Of a stretch of 64,000 nt of DNA, positions 49,226 through 59,811 are shown piece after piece. The DNA lies in the NCBI GenBank assembly GCA_016699875.1, contig CP064989.1:328788-392787 (forward strand), written 5' to 3'. A program made the translations under genes and the position numbers. The DNA is from Candidatus Moraniibacteriota bacterium (lineage in GTDB: Bacteria > Patescibacteriota > Minisyncoccia > Moranbacterales > UBA1568). The notes under the pieces were generated by a model, which saw only the letters and a list, made by a program, of their open reading frames with translations, was not told the origin of the DNA and did not search any database. The stretch's first letter is position 1. Every line of letters begins with the position of its first letter.

Positions 49226-49888
49226 TTAGAAAAACCGATGATACACGTTTCCCACGTCTGAAATCCATTTTGCAACACTCTCCGGACTATGCCCCTCACA
49301 AGATGAACCGCATTTCCATACAATGAGTCGCGACGGCGAATCCAAATGTTTTTCATGAACCAATTCGGAAATCCGATCACCCACTACCTCAATCGCCTCT
49401 TCCGGACTGGAAAAACAAGCATAGCCCATGCCAGTCCCGCGACTTCCTACTCCTTTGTAGCCCCAGTAGTTGTAGCAGTCAACACCGTCTTTCGTTGGCA
49501 CATGCTCTCCCCACGAGCTTTCCTTTCGGGCAATACTCACCAAGAACGCCGCCGTCTCCCGATCGCGCTTCGCGAGAAATGGCACCATTGTTTCCATCGG
49601 TTCACCCCGGAGCGTTGAAGCAAGCAGCGTACGAAACCGGAAGTCCTCTTCCGATTCCCCCTCCTTCGGAGACATTTCTCCCTCACAAGATGGAGCAACA
49701 GCCTCCTGTCCCGAATCACCCGAAACACTCTCTGGACGGAATTCCAGCAAATCGTCCTGCAAGTGAATATCCGATCCTTCTGCCAAAGCCATATCCCCAC
49801 TCCAAACAAAGAACACGAAAAAGAGGCTCATAAAGCCAAAAACTCGGAAAATATACCGTGTCCCCCGCCTGCATAAAGGAATCTCCAT
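49226..49888 (-). CDS. Secreted protein with C-terminal peptidoglycan-hydrolase-like (glucosaminidase/lysozyme-like) domain; paralog A
   Basis: signal peptide; 'IARKESSWGEHVP...CYNYWGYKG' resembles ESgWG...NNxFGxK glucosaminidase motif; paralogous to next gene. Confidence 0.35.
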   Translation of the reverse strand: MEIPLCRRGTRYIFRVFGFMSLFFVFFVWSGDMALAEGSDIHLQDDLLEFRPESVSGDSGQEAVAPSCEGEMSPKEGESEEDFRFRTLLASTLRGEPMETMVPFLAKRDRETAAFLVSIARKESSWGEHVPTKDGVDCYNYWGYKGVGSRGTGMGYACFSSPEEAIEVVGDRISELVHEKHLDSPSRLIVWKCGSSCEGHSPESVAKWISDVGNVYHRFF

Positions 49889-49938
49889 AGAGAAAAAGTG
49901 TTACCGTTTGATAACACTCATTTCTAGCATATTTAAGG

Positions 49939-50967
49939 CTATTCGTCAATCTCATGAAAGTAGAGATCGACATCCTGAATCCACTTTTTCGTCGCCGCCT
50001 TATCATGTGTCGAACAGTCGTATCCACACTTCCAAACCACCATCATCTCGGCCGGAGTGTCAATTTTCTCCGCATAAATCAGCTTTTCCAATCGACGAGA
50101 GACCGTGTCGACCGCATCTTTCGGACTATTGAAGCACGTATGCCCGCCCGTCCCCATAAATCGACGCTTGCCGCGATATCCCCAATAATTAAAACAATCG
50201 TGACTTTTGAGGAGTGGCACGCGCTTTCCCCACGCGCTTTCCTTCTTGGCAATACCGACCAAGAATGCCGCGACAATCTTGTCTTTCTCCACAATATAGG
50301 GAACCATCTCCTCGATCGGATATCCGGCAACCATTTCCCGGATCTTCGCCTCGAGAGCTTCCTTCTCTTCCACTTCCCGAATACTCTCCAGGTCATCAGT
50401 CACCTCAGCAACAAACCGCTCGTCAGTATGATCGCTCGCACCAAGCACTGTCGGTTCATCCGGCAAAGGCATATCCCGTTCAAGCACCATTCTTGATGAC
50501 ACTGAAGACCCTTCACCGGCAAGCGCATGCTCCCCAAAATACCGATAGGTAAGCACCGTCGAGACAATGCCCAAAAATACTGCCCCAACAAGCGATGTCC
50601 GCAATGCAAAGCGCGGCGAAAGAGCGAAAACAGCGCCAACCTCAATGAGAGACCTTTCAATGGTCCGCCATTGCCATATATATCTAAACCGCGATCGAGC
50701 CCTACCGAATCCAGTCGACGACTCACGCTTGTTCAAGCGAATATCGTCTATGAGATATTGCGTCCGATTTGGGAATTCTCCAGCTCCCAATCGATTCTGA
50801 TAATCAACACGACTTCCCCGAAAAAATACTGTCGACGTAAGCGGCTGAGCAGCAAAATCCCGAGAAGGGCACGATTTGATTCGAGAACCTGCGGACGTCA
50901 CACGCTTCGGAATACCATCGATATATATCCGTTTCCGCACGTGTTGAGCTGTGTGAGATACATTCAT
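49939..50967 (-). CDS. Paralog B of the preceding gene with longer N-terminal region
   Basis: 'IAKKESAWGKRVP...CFNYWGYRG...VVWKCGYDCSTH' aligned with 49226..49888 product. Confidence 0.35.
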   Translation of the reverse strand: MNVSHTAQHVRKRIYIDGIPKRVTSAGSRIKSCPSRDFAAQPLTSTVFFRGSRVDYQNRLGAGEFPNRTQYLIDDIRLNKRESSTGFGRARSRFRYIWQWRTIERSLIEVGAVFALSPRFALRTSLVGAVFLGIVSTVLTYRYFGEHALAGEGSSVSSRMVLERDMPLPDEPTVLGASDHTDERFVAEVTDDLESIREVEEKEALEAKIREMVAGYPIEEMVPYIVEKDKIVAAFLVGIAKKESAWGKRVPLLKSHDCFNYWGYRGKRRFMGTGGHTCFNSPKDAVDTVSRRLEKLIYAEKIDTPAEMMVVWKCGYDCSTHDKAATKKWIQDVDLYFHEIDE

Positions 50968-50978
50968 GAGTTCAAAAT

Positions 50979-51380
50979 CTATTGGATGCCCGCCTTCTCT
51001 CTAAAGAATTTTTCCGCATCCGGTCCGCCGACAAAACACTTCCCTTCAGCCCACACAAACGGCACGCCCAAACCGGATTTCTCTATCCCGCATTCATCCG
51101 CACGCTTTTGCATTTCACCGGAGTTTTTCGGATTATGCCACACTTCCTTCTTAGCAAAAGAAATCTTCTCAGCTATATGATTCTCCTCAAGGAACTTCTC
51201 GAGGTCCTTGCAATGCGGACACTCTTTTCCATAGTAGTACACTATCGGGGCATTCGGATCACCGGAATCATCGGCGGATGGAGCGCTTGCCGACGGAGCA
51301 CTGACAATGCCCCATACAATAAAACCAAGAAGGACTGACACAAGAGCGACAATCAAAGCGGTTTTTGCATATCGAGCCAT
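50979..51380 (-). CDS. Membrane-anchored thioredoxin/glutaredoxin-fold protein
   Basis: 'YYGKECPHCKDLEKFL' CxxC motif; start set at MARYAK to avoid overlap with lgt. Confidence 0.55.
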   Translation of the reverse strand: MARYAKTALIVALVSVLLGFIVWGIVSAPSASAPSADDSGDPNAPIVYYYGKECPHCKDLEKFLEENHIAEKISFAKKEVWHNPKNSGEMQKRADECGIEKSGLGVPFVWAEGKCFVGGPDAEKFFREKAGIQ

Positions 51381-51397
51381 ACTCACAAATAAAGGAG

Positions 51398-52243
51398 TTA
51401 CTCTGCACGAGGGAGTATAGCATTTTCCCGATTTTTTATCCAAAAGAGAAGTGTTGCCGACAAAATCATAACCAGCAGAGATAAAAGTTGCCCCAGGGTA
51501 AAATCATAAAGCACGAACCCGATTTGCGGGTCCGGCAAACGAAAGTACTCAAGCAAGAACCGAATCCCACCATAGAGAGCCAGTGCCCATACCAAGAGCT
51601 GCCCCGGAAACCGATTTCGTTTTGCCAATAAGAAAAGTGCAAGCCACAGCACCAAACCCTCCCCGACCGCTTCATAAAGCTGTGATGGGTGATGAAGAAG
51701 CATGTCGTCTGCGGAGGGAAATACCATGCCCCATGGCAAGGTCGTCACCCGACCGAAGAGCTCTCCGGCAAGAAAGTTCCCAATGCGGCCAAAAAAAATT
51801 GCCAAAGGAAGAGACTGCGCAATATGGTCCAACAACTTCCACACAGGCTTCTGATATCGCCAAGAAAAAAGAAAAGCGGCGAATACTATACCCAACATCC
51901 CTCCGTGAGCACTCATGCCGGCAACACCGGTCCATACGCCGGTCCTCGCATCGAACGGAGATATCAAAGAGAGAGGATGTTCAGCAAAAAAAGCAGGATT
52001 GTAGAACAAGGCGTAGCCGAAGCGAGCACCGACTACCGCACCCACAAGAAGAAAAAGCGAGAAATCCAAGAACGTATCCGGAGAAAACATCAAAGCACGA
52101 TCTCGAGACAATCCTCGCCAAAGAACAGAAAGCGAAATCACTGCCCCACACAGAAATGCGACCCCATACCAAGAGACAGAAAAGCCACCGACAGAAAAAA
52201 GAGTCGGGTCAATACGTTCCGGAAGAGACTGCCACCACATCAT
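51398..52243 (-). CDS. lgt: Prolipoprotein diacylglyceryl transferase
   Basis: 'FFGRIGNFLAGELFGRVTTLPWGMVFP' Lgt signature, 'HPSQLYEA'. Confidence 0.8.
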   Translation of the reverse strand: MMWWQSLPERIDPTLFSVGGFSVSWYGVAFLCGAVISLSVLWRGLSRDRALMFSPDTFLDFSLFLLVGAVVGARFGYALFYNPAFFAEHPLSLISPFDARTGVWTGVAGMSAHGGMLGIVFAAFLFSWRYQKPVWKLLDHIAQSLPLAIFFGRIGNFLAGELFGRVTTLPWGMVFPSADDMLLHHPSQLYEAVGEGLVLWLALFLLAKRNRFPGQLLVWALALYGGIRFLLEYFRLPDPQIGFVLYDFTLGQLLSLLVMILSATLLFWIKNRENAILPRAE

Positions 52244-53316
52244 GACGCCAAACCGCCCTGATTATAGGTATCGAGATCAGCTTTAAATTCCCGCACGTAT
52301 ATCCTCGTCAATGCCAAAAAGAACGAGACAAGCAACGGCCCGATCAAAAGCCCGACAATACCGAAAAGCGCGATACCGCCAAGCGTCGAGAAGAACACAA
52401 GGAGTGGATGAATCTGCGTATCTCGCCCTACCAGCTTCGGACGAACTACATTATCTACCGTCGAAATGATGCTCATACCGAAAACAAGGAGAAAAATCCC
52501 CTGCCACACATCCCCCGAGAAAAAAAGCCACAGCCCCATCGGAAGCCAGACAATGCCAGATCCAACCGCCGGAATAAGTGAGAAGAATCCCATAGCCGCC
52601 CCCCAAATAGCCGGCGACGAAACCCCGGCAACCGCGACACCGATGCCACCGATAACTCCCTGCAAAAGAGCAATGCTGATAGACCCCTTAATCACCGCTC
52701 GACTCATAGAAGAAAAATCACGCATAAGCTCCTCGTCGTCCCTATCCGAAAGAGGACTCATGCGCTTCATGAGTCGGATCACTCGGTCGCCGTCAATGAG
52801 AAAATAGAAGAGCGCGAAGAACAGGGCGAATATCCACAAAACGAGTCCCGCAACACTCCCGTAGAGCGCCTGCAAAAACGATATGAGCGCGCCGCCCTTA
52901 CCAACAACATTCCCCAACAAGTCCGCGATACGAATGTTCTTCTCTGACAAAAACTCGCCGACAACCGGCAACCGAGACAACCAAAGTTGTATCAACTCAG
53001 ACACCTCTCCAAGAGAATGAGTCCCCGATGAAAGAGTCGTGAGAGCACTGGTCGCCTCACCAATCACAAGCGTCGCCAATACAAAAATGGGAATAATCAC
53101 CAAAAACGCTACAAGAAGCAAAACACTGCCGGCACTCAACCCCTTTCGCCCACCGAAGACACGCAAAAAAGACTGGTATCTCCCATAGAACAATGTCGCA
53201 AGAACCGCCGCAACCAGCATGGATGTCAAAAAAGGCTGCATCACAAAAAATACCGCCGCACCCGTCAGAAAAAAAACAAAGAAAAAGAAAATCGTATTGA
53301 AATGTGGAATTCGCAT
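52240..53316 (-). CDS. AI-2E family transporter (PerM/YhhT-like)
   Basis: 8 TM helices; 'VVRPKLVGRDTQIHPLLVFFSTLGG' region typical of UPF0118. Confidence 0.65.
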   Translation of the reverse strand: MRIPHFNTIFFFFVFFLTGAAVFFVMQPFLTSMLVAAVLATLFYGRYQSFLRVFGGRKGLSAGSVLLLVAFLVIIPIFVLATLVIGEATSALTTLSSGTHSLGEVSELIQLWLSRLPVVGEFLSEKNIRIADLLGNVVGKGGALISFLQALYGSVAGLVLWIFALFFALFYFLIDGDRVIRLMKRMSPLSDRDDEELMRDFSSMSRAVIKGSISIALLQGVIGGIGVAVAGVSSPAIWGAAMGFFSLIPAVGSGIVWLPMGLWLFFSGDVWQGIFLLVFGMSIISTVDNVVRPKLVGRDTQIHPLLVFFSTLGGIALFGIVGLLIGPLLVSFFLALTRIYVREFKADLDTYNQGGLAS

Positions 53317-53346
53317 AGCGTCATCAGTATAACACAGTGTCTTTAA

Positions 53347-54438
53347 TCATGTCGCAGAGATATCCGTCCTTGAGAACTCGGTGAAATCATGATTCCCGGA
53401 AAGAATCTGCACATTGACCCGAAGTGTCGGCACACGCGAAATAACAACCTTATCGTGGGGAGGGCGAACTGCCACCTCCAATCCATACCGCTCCCGAAAC
53501 CACTGCTTGATGCCTGCTCGCGTATTGTGCGCCGCATCCAATACAAACGGCCGATACGAAGTCTTGAGCGATGAGAAGTATTTTTGATGATTTTCATGAA
53601 GAGTCGCCTCGACTCGCGCATTCTTCCAGTCAGATCGCAGTCGCTCTTTGACTGGTTTCTCGGTCTCTCCTGTTCCTAGCTCTTGCTTCCCGCCTTCCCT
53701 AAAATACCGACACCTCTCTCGGAGTGGACACGCCGAACACTTCGGCCTTCCCAAACACGTCGCACTTCCAAAATCCATCAGAGCCGCATTCAGCGTCTTC
53801 GTTCGCACAGAGAACACACGTCCAATCGCTTCCGGAGCGCTTATTCTGATATTTCTTTCATTCAAAACACTGCGTTTCTCAAGCTTCTTGACTTTCCGGT
53901 TCCTTGATCTCGAATTGCCGATCGTAAATCTCCATTCATCCGCCCTCTTCGTCCCGAAAAAAAATCGCCCAATGACTCGACGAAGATTCGTGTCCCAGGC
54001 TATTTGCTCCTCGCCGTACGCAAAACTCGAAATCGCTGCTGCCGTGTAAGAACCAATGCCTGGAAGTTTCTGCAAAACACCGATATCATTCGGGAATTTC
54101 CCATCATACTCGTCGACGACCATTTTCGCCGTCCGCAGCATGTTTCGCCCGCGCGCATAATAGCCAAGTCCGGCATAATACGGCAGAAATTCTTCCCATG
54201 ATGCTCGAGCTAAGCTCTGAACTGTCGGGAATTGCTTCAGAAACTTTTCATAGTACCCAATGACACGCGACACCTGCGTCTGCTGGAGCATTATTTCAGA
54301 CACCCATACTTCATACGCCGAAATTCCCTCCCGTCGCCACGGTAAATGCTCCCGCCCGGCCTTCTCAAAAAAGTCCAACAAGACGGATTCGAAGAAACTT
54401 ATTTTTTCCGAAGAAATCTTCGTAGGTAAAACTTTCAT
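53347..54438 (-). CDS. mutY: A/G-specific adenine DNA glycosylase MutY-like
   Basis: 'HLPWRREGISAYEVWVSEIMLQQTQV', HhH 'LPGIGSYTAAAI', Fe-S loop 'CLGRPKCSACPLRERC', C-terminal Nudix-like domain. Confidence 0.7.
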   Translation of the reverse strand: MKVLPTKISSEKISFFESVLLDFFEKAGREHLPWRREGISAYEVWVSEIMLQQTQVSRVIGYYEKFLKQFPTVQSLARASWEEFLPYYAGLGYYARGRNMLRTAKMVVDEYDGKFPNDIGVLQKLPGIGSYTAAAISSFAYGEEQIAWDTNLRRVIGRFFFGTKRADEWRFTIGNSRSRNRKVKKLEKRSVLNERNIRISAPEAIGRVFSVRTKTLNAALMDFGSATCLGRPKCSACPLRERCRYFREGGKQELGTGETEKPVKERLRSDWKNARVEATLHENHQKYFSSLKTSYRPFVLDAAHNTRAGIKQWFRERYGLEVAVRPPHDKVVISRVPTLRVNVQILSGNHDFTEFSRTDISAT

Positions 54439-54488
54439 AAATGTGAGGAATATTCTATCATAAAGCCATATTTCTTTCGAACGTCATT

Positions 54489-55445
54489 ATGGAGAGTTTT
54501 GAAAATTCAATCGATTCAGTTCCGCCAGAAAAATATTCCCGCTCCGAAAGAAACATCGAACGGAAACGAGAAAGCTTCGTTCAAGAGATAGAGGAAAAAG
54601 CTAAGACGCTCGGCATGTCACCCGAAGAATACCTAGCAGCCTATGCAAAAAATGAAAAAAATTCTCGAGAACGAGTAGGCAAGGAGAATACCAACGCCGC
54701 GAAGAAATTATTCGAACTCGGAAGCGCAACCAGTGCAGAGATAAACAATACATTGCACGACAAGACAGGTCTTCAGATCGAACTCGAGCACCAAAGAGAA
54801 CTCGCAACCCAAGATCCGTTGACCGGACTTCTCAATCGCCGCGGCTTCGATGGAGCTCTCAGTGATCTCAACTCAGCTATTCAAAAATACAACAAACACT
54901 CCCAAGTTGGCGCCGAACGACGACGCGATCGACACAGCAAAGAACCTCAGCCGTATTGTCTCCTCACTATCGACATAGATAAATTTAAGTTCGTGAACGA
55001 TACGAAAGGTCATGAAGCCGGAGATATATTGCTTCAAAAAATAGCTCAAATTTTTCGAGAGAACACTCGCCCACATGAAAGCACTCTCGGTCGAATTGGA
55101 GGAGATGAATTCAGTATCTCTCTCGCGATGGATATAGATGCCGCTTGCAAAGTCGCTGAACGCATTCGACAAGCTATCGAACAGGCGTTTCTCATTGCTG
55201 AAGAAAACACATCTCTCGTTACCGCAAGCATCGGCGTCGCTCCCTATGTTCCCAATATCCAAAGTCACGAGAGAAATGCAGATATGGCAGTCTACGCGGC
55301 AAAAGGCGAGTGGAGCTCCATCGACACTGCTACAGATCTCGACGGTCCGATTGACGTGCAAATGGACAAGGCCGCTAAAGGCAGAAACCGAGTATGTATC
55401 TTCAATAACAACACTCTTTCCGAATACCAAGCAGAAAAACATTAG
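54489..55445 (+). CDS. GGDEF-domain diguanylate cyclase with N-terminal coiled coil
   Basis: 'RIGGDEFSISL' active site, 'DPLTGLLNRRGF' I-site-proximal motif. Confidence 0.75.
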   Translation: MESFENSIDSVPPEKYSRSERNIERKRESFVQEIEEKAKTLGMSPEEYLAAYAKNEKNSRERVGKENTNAAKKLFELGSATSAEINNTLHDKTGLQIELEHQRELATQDPLTGLLNRRGFDGALSDLNSAIQKYNKHSQVGAERRRDRHSKEPQPYCLLTIDIDKFKFVNDTKGHEAGDILLQKIAQIFRENTRPHESTLGRIGGDEFSISLAMDIDAACKVAERIRQAIEQAFLIAEENTSLVTASIGVAPYVPNIQSHERNADMAVYAAKGEWSSIDTATDLDGPIDVQMDKAAKGRNRVCIFNNNTLSEYQAEKH

Positions 55446-55463
55446 AGCTCATCTCAAGATAAT

Positions 55464-56531
55464 TTAGATAATCACTCCCCCACCTAAGCACGTTTTGCCG
55501 TCATAGAATACTGCGAATTGTCCGGGTGCAATGCCAGGTTGCGATTCATCGAGATATACACGCCACCCATTATTGCGAAGCAAGCGAATACGACATGGGT
55601 ATCGCGATTCCCCATGGCGGATTTTCGCTTCAAAAGCTCTTCCTTGCGGTACCGCTCCGGCAATCCAATTCATGTTTTCGATATCAAATGTCTTCCGCGA
55701 TCCTTCCGCGCCGCGCCAGGCATTGGAAACGAACACTTCATTCTTCGCCGCATCCTTCCCCACCACAAACCACGGGCCGCCGGAGAGCTTAATGCCCTTG
55801 CGCTGTCCGATCGTAAAATACCAAAAGCCATCGTGCTCGCCGACCTTTCTCCCGGTTTCGTATTCGAGAAGATCACCGCGCTTCGTTCCAAGGTAGTGCC
55901 GCAAAAATTCATCAAAGCGCACCTTCCCCAAAAAGCAGATGCCCTGACTGTCTTTTCGATTCGCATTCGGCAAACCGAATTCTTGCGCCAATTCCCGCAC
56001 GCGTTCCTTTTGATATCCGCCAATTGGGAAAAGCGCACGTGATACCTGCTCTTGGGAGAGCTGCGAAAGAAAATATGTTTGATCTTTCACTGGATCCGGA
56101 GAACAAAGAAGATTCGCCCTTCCCCGAGCAAACACGGTCTGCGCATAGTGTCCCGTCGCAATGAAGTCGAACTCTTTACCAAGGGCATCATAGAATGCGC
56201 CGAATTTCACCCGGCGATTGCAGAGCATATCAGGATTTGGTGTCCGCCCCCGATTCACCTCATCCAACACATACGATACCACTCGCTCCCAATATTCCTT
56301 CTGGAGTGGCACAACCGTGAGCGGCACACCAAGCTTTTCACACACCGCGCGCACATAGTGCAAATCCTCCTCCCACGGACATTCCCCCAAGAATGACACC
56401 TCATCCTCAAGCCAAATCTTCAGATAAAACGCCCGAACATCATGCCCGGCACGTTTCAGAAGCGCCAAAGCAACGGAGCTATCCACCCCACCCGAAACCA
56501 ACACCGCAATTTTCTGCTTCTTTATAAACAT
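55464..56531 (-). CDS. mnmA: tRNA-specific 2-thiouridylase MnmA
   Basis: PP-loop 'KIAVLVSGGVDSSVALALL', C-terminal 'CRIRLL...' ; start set at MFIKKQ (ORF-track extension to 56741 overlaps next gene). Confidence 0.85.
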   Translation of the reverse strand: MFIKKQKIAVLVSGGVDSSVALALLKRAGHDVRAFYLKIWLEDEVSFLGECPWEEDLHYVRAVCEKLGVPLTVVPLQKEYWERVVSYVLDEVNRGRTPNPDMLCNRRVKFGAFYDALGKEFDFIATGHYAQTVFARGRANLLCSPDPVKDQTYFLSQLSQEQVSRALFPIGGYQKERVRELAQEFGLPNANRKDSQGICFLGKVRFDEFLRHYLGTKRGDLLEYETGRKVGEHDGFWYFTIGQRKGIKLSGGPWFVVGKDAAKNEVFVSNAWRGAEGSRKTFDIENMNWIAGAVPQGRAFEAKIRHGESRYPCRIRLLRNNGWRVYLDESQPGIAPGQFAVFYDGKTCLGGGVII

Positions 56532-56545
56532 CACATCACCTCTTT

Positions 56546-57904
56546 CTACCCAAACATCGCGTATTCGGCGCACCAGACAGCGATGCCGGCGATATAACCG
56601 AAAAGTGCCGGAACAAATGCTTTGTCGAAATAATTTCGAAACGAGAGATCTTTGATCATGCCCATAGCGACAACACCCGCCGCCGACCCGATCACCAGAA
56701 GTGATCCGCCCGTTCCCGCCGTAAGCGCGAGCAATACCCATATTGCCGGGTGATGACTCGCCACGATATCGATCGCGGCGGCGGTCAATGGGATATTATC
56801 AACGACCGAGGAAAGAATGCCGAGCGATGTATTCCCAGCAACAAGCCGCCACGTCTCCGGATTCGGTCCGAATATCGCCGCGGAAATATCAGCGAGCACT
56901 CCCAAATGCCGGAGCGCACCCACGGCCAAAAGAATACCGACGAAAAAGAGAATACTCGCGTAGTCGACACTCTTCAAAAGCCGCTCGATATCGGCGGCAA
57001 GGTGCGTCTTCGGATGCCTCGCAATTCGAGCAAAAAACGCAATGGCGATACCGGTTGTCCCAAGTCCCAAGAGAAGCCCCATATACGGAGGAAGTCCGAA
57101 GAAATGCGACACAAGTGGCAAAGAGAAGGATGAAAGTGCAATCGTCACAATGATTCGCTCCGACCGCGTCAGATGGAACGATTCCTGACCGGATTCCTCG
57201 CTATCAGCCGTATCGTGCGCAATCCGCTTCGAAAGAAACCAGACACTCACGAGCATAATCGCGAGAGACGGCAGAAAACCCCAAGCTAAGATATTCCCCG
57301 CCGAGAACTTCCCGGCGAGCCAGAGCATAATCGTCGTAATATCGCCGATCGGAGAAAACGCGCCGCCCGCATTGGCGGCAATCACGATAGCGGCTGCAAC
57401 GACCAAAAGGTTATTACCCCGAAAGAATCGCCGAGCTATCTGCACCATCACAATAGTCGTCGTCAGATTGTCGATAATCGCGGAGAGAAAAAATGCTACC
57501 GACGCCAAAAGCCAAATCTGCCCGGAATCCGTCAAATGAAATCGTTGAATTTTCGTCCGAACAAAATCAAAAAATCGATAATGAATGAGAATCTCAACGA
57601 GCGTCATCGCCGCCAAGAGAAAGGCGACCAATTCAAACACCTCACGCCCAATCTCGCCCAGCACTACGTCCAAGTCGTGCTCGCCGGAAAAAACAGCGAT
57701 AAGCGCCCAAAGCGATGCACCCAGGAAAAGCGCCGTATGCGTCTTATGCACATGCCACCGATGTTCCATAACAATCGCCGCATATCCAAAGACAAAAACC
57801 GCACCGACAAAAAAGACCAACATAAAAGAGGAAAGAAAAAAATAAAATGACTCCGCCGAAGCGCAACCGAATCCCAGCATACCCCGACTGCATAGTTTTG
57901 ACAA
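56546..57904 (-). CDS. ArsB/NhaD-superfamily ion transporter permease
   Basis: ~12 TM helices, 'NAGGAFSPIGDITTIMLW' motif of ArsB/NhaD/citrate-transporter family; start uncertain. Confidence 0.55.
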   Translation of the reverse strand: MSKLCSRGMLGFGCASAESFYFFLSSFMLVFFVGAVFVFGYAAIVMEHRWHVHKTHTALFLGASLWALIAVFSGEHDLDVVLGEIGREVFELVAFLLAAMTLVEILIHYRFFDFVRTKIQRFHLTDSGQIWLLASVAFFLSAIIDNLTTTIVMVQIARRFFRGNNLLVVAAAIVIAANAGGAFSPIGDITTIMLWLAGKFSAGNILAWGFLPSLAIMLVSVWFLSKRIAHDTADSEESGQESFHLTRSERIIVTIALSSFSLPLVSHFFGLPPYMGLLLGLGTTGIAIAFFARIARHPKTHLAADIERLLKSVDYASILFFVGILLAVGALRHLGVLADISAAIFGPNPETWRLVAGNTSLGILSSVVDNIPLTAAAIDIVASHHPAIWVLLALTAGTGGSLLVIGSAAGVVAMGMIKDLSFRNYFDKAFVPALFGYIAGIAVWCAEYAMFG

Positions 57905-58230
57905 TATCCGCTGAATTTTTCTACAAAAATCAAAAAAACCGGCTTGTGCCGGTTCTTTTTATTGATATTTCAGAGACAACAGTTTTCAGCAAACAGCGAA
58001 TCCGCTCAAAGAAATCCGCTTATTGCGAATCCGATTCACTTTCGGAATCAGATCCCGAATCGGTCCCAAATGCCGCTTTCAAATCAGCTCGAGCCTGCTC
58101 AAGCGCCAGCTTGAAATCCGAGAGCGCCGTTGCAAAAGCCACCTTTTTTGTCTCAGCGAGCGTCTTTATCTGTTCGCCGACTGTGTCCGCATCTTTCCGC
58201 TCACTCTCCATAGAAGTTCGAGCCGCTTTG

Positions 58231-59080
58231 AGAACCTGTTTACAATCTTTTCAACAACAATCGAGCAAAACTTAAAACCATCATCTGTAAGCTCGAATCC
58301 AGTGTCCGTTCGCAATTCTTCCAGAGCCTTCGGCATTTCTCCAGCCAGGAGAAGCTTCTCTCGACCACCCAGCGCTGAGGAAGAACGGCAAACGTATGCA
58401 ATTCGTTTCGTTTAGCTACTCCCACTTCCGCACCGATACATGCTTTGATCGCTTTGGCGAAGTTTTCTCCGGTATAACTACCATCAGTCAAGAGTTTCTC
58501 CACCCGTGAAAGGTGTTTTTTGTTTGCCTTGACGGCTTGGATAGCTCCATTTCGATCAGTGACGTTAGCAGTGGTTACCGTGAACGCATGCGGCAATCCG
58601 TTGGTGTCAACGAGAATATGTCGCTTGATACCGGAAACTTTTTTTCCTGCATCATAACCTTTTTCTCGAGCCGTATCTGTATTCTTGACACTTTGAGCAT
58701 CAACGATGCAGAAACTGGTTTTGCATTGTTTGCCATTTTTCATACGTTCTTGTTCGACCAATTTTTTTTAAGACTTGCTCAAGCATACTCTCTGTCTGTT
58801 TGTTTTTTCGTTCCTTCCAGACAAGGAAGTGTCGATAGACACTCTGCCATTTTGGATAATCCTTGGGAAGTGCCCTCCATTGGCAACCCGTGACCAGAAT
58901 GTAGAGCAGAGCGTTGAATACGTCATAGGAATCAAGTGTCTTTGGTTTGGTTCTCTTCCTGGTTGATTCGAGAAATGGTCTGATGTGTTCGAATTGTTCT
59001 CGGGTTATGTCGCTTGGATACATGGTTCTTTTGGTTTGAGGATTATGTCCTCAGTGTACCAGAAGATTGTAAACAGGTTC
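58231..59080 (-). mobile_element. IS5-family insertion sequence, copy 2, TSD 'tga'
   Basis: same terminal inverted repeats as copy 1; flanking 'tga' at 58228-58230 and 59081-59083; carries orfA (59023..58700) and orfB (58761..58240) overlapping at an A8 slippery run. Confidence 0.75.
58240..59023 (-). CDS. IS5-family DDE transposase, orfA/orfB (putative programmed -1 frameshift at A-run)
   Basis: orfA 'MYPSDITREQFEHIRPFLES...CQWRALPKDYPKW' (HTH region), orfB 'DAQSVKNTDTAREKGYDAGKKVSGIKRHILVDTNGLP...' DDE region. Confidence 0.7.
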
Positions 59081-59811
59081 TGAGACTCGCCCGCAGCGTC
59101 TCGCGGACCATCGCCGGGTCGACCCCTGATTCGCAATCACTCTTTGCTGTCGCAAAGGCGGCATCAACAGCCACTTTGAAAGTAGCCAGACTCGAATCAA
59201 CCGTCGTCTTCTTACTGCCGATAGCCGCATCAACCCCGGCGCGGAACGCTTCAATAGCCGCATCGACTGCTTGTTGCCGATTGGAAACTGCCGTTTCCAC
59301 AGCCGCCTTAAATGCGGCAACCGCTGCCTGTTTCTCCGCATCATCCCCCGCTTGTTCAAGCAACTTCGCATACATCTCCTCGCGCTTCGTGTCGCGCTCA
59401 TTTCGATTCGTCTCAAGCGTTGAGTCGCGCTCATCGCGGTTCTCATCAAAAATATTCCGACGCGTCGATTTTCGTTCCAATATTCCTTTCTGGGCATCAT
59501 TCAGGCGCACGCTTAATCTCTCATTCCGTTCGATCATAGCTGCGCATGTGTTCTGCTGGCGATCCAGCATATTCTCTTCTCGATTCGCTTTCCGATCCCC
59601 GGCATTTCCATCCATAAAAGCGCGCTTCTGTATGCTATCGTTCTCAACCTGTGTCTTCCGCTCCGTCGCAAGATCGTGCGCTCGCACCCAGGGAGCTCGC
59701 TTCCCTCCACCATCTGTACTCCCGTCAGCATTTTCATCGGCGCGTACCGAAACAATGCCCAAAGAGAACACGATCGCACAGACGGCGAATCCGATCGCTC
59801 CAAACGAAAAT

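Noticed and set aside
55464-56741. Long N-terminal extensions in the ORF track for MnmA (to 56741), HAD hydrolase (to 47206), response regulator (to 30854), SmpB (from 43352) and thioredoxin-like gene (to 51443)
   Set aside because: Extensions overlap neighbouring genes or repeats and precede internal Met residues that sit immediately before the conserved domain starts. I trimmed the starts accordingly.
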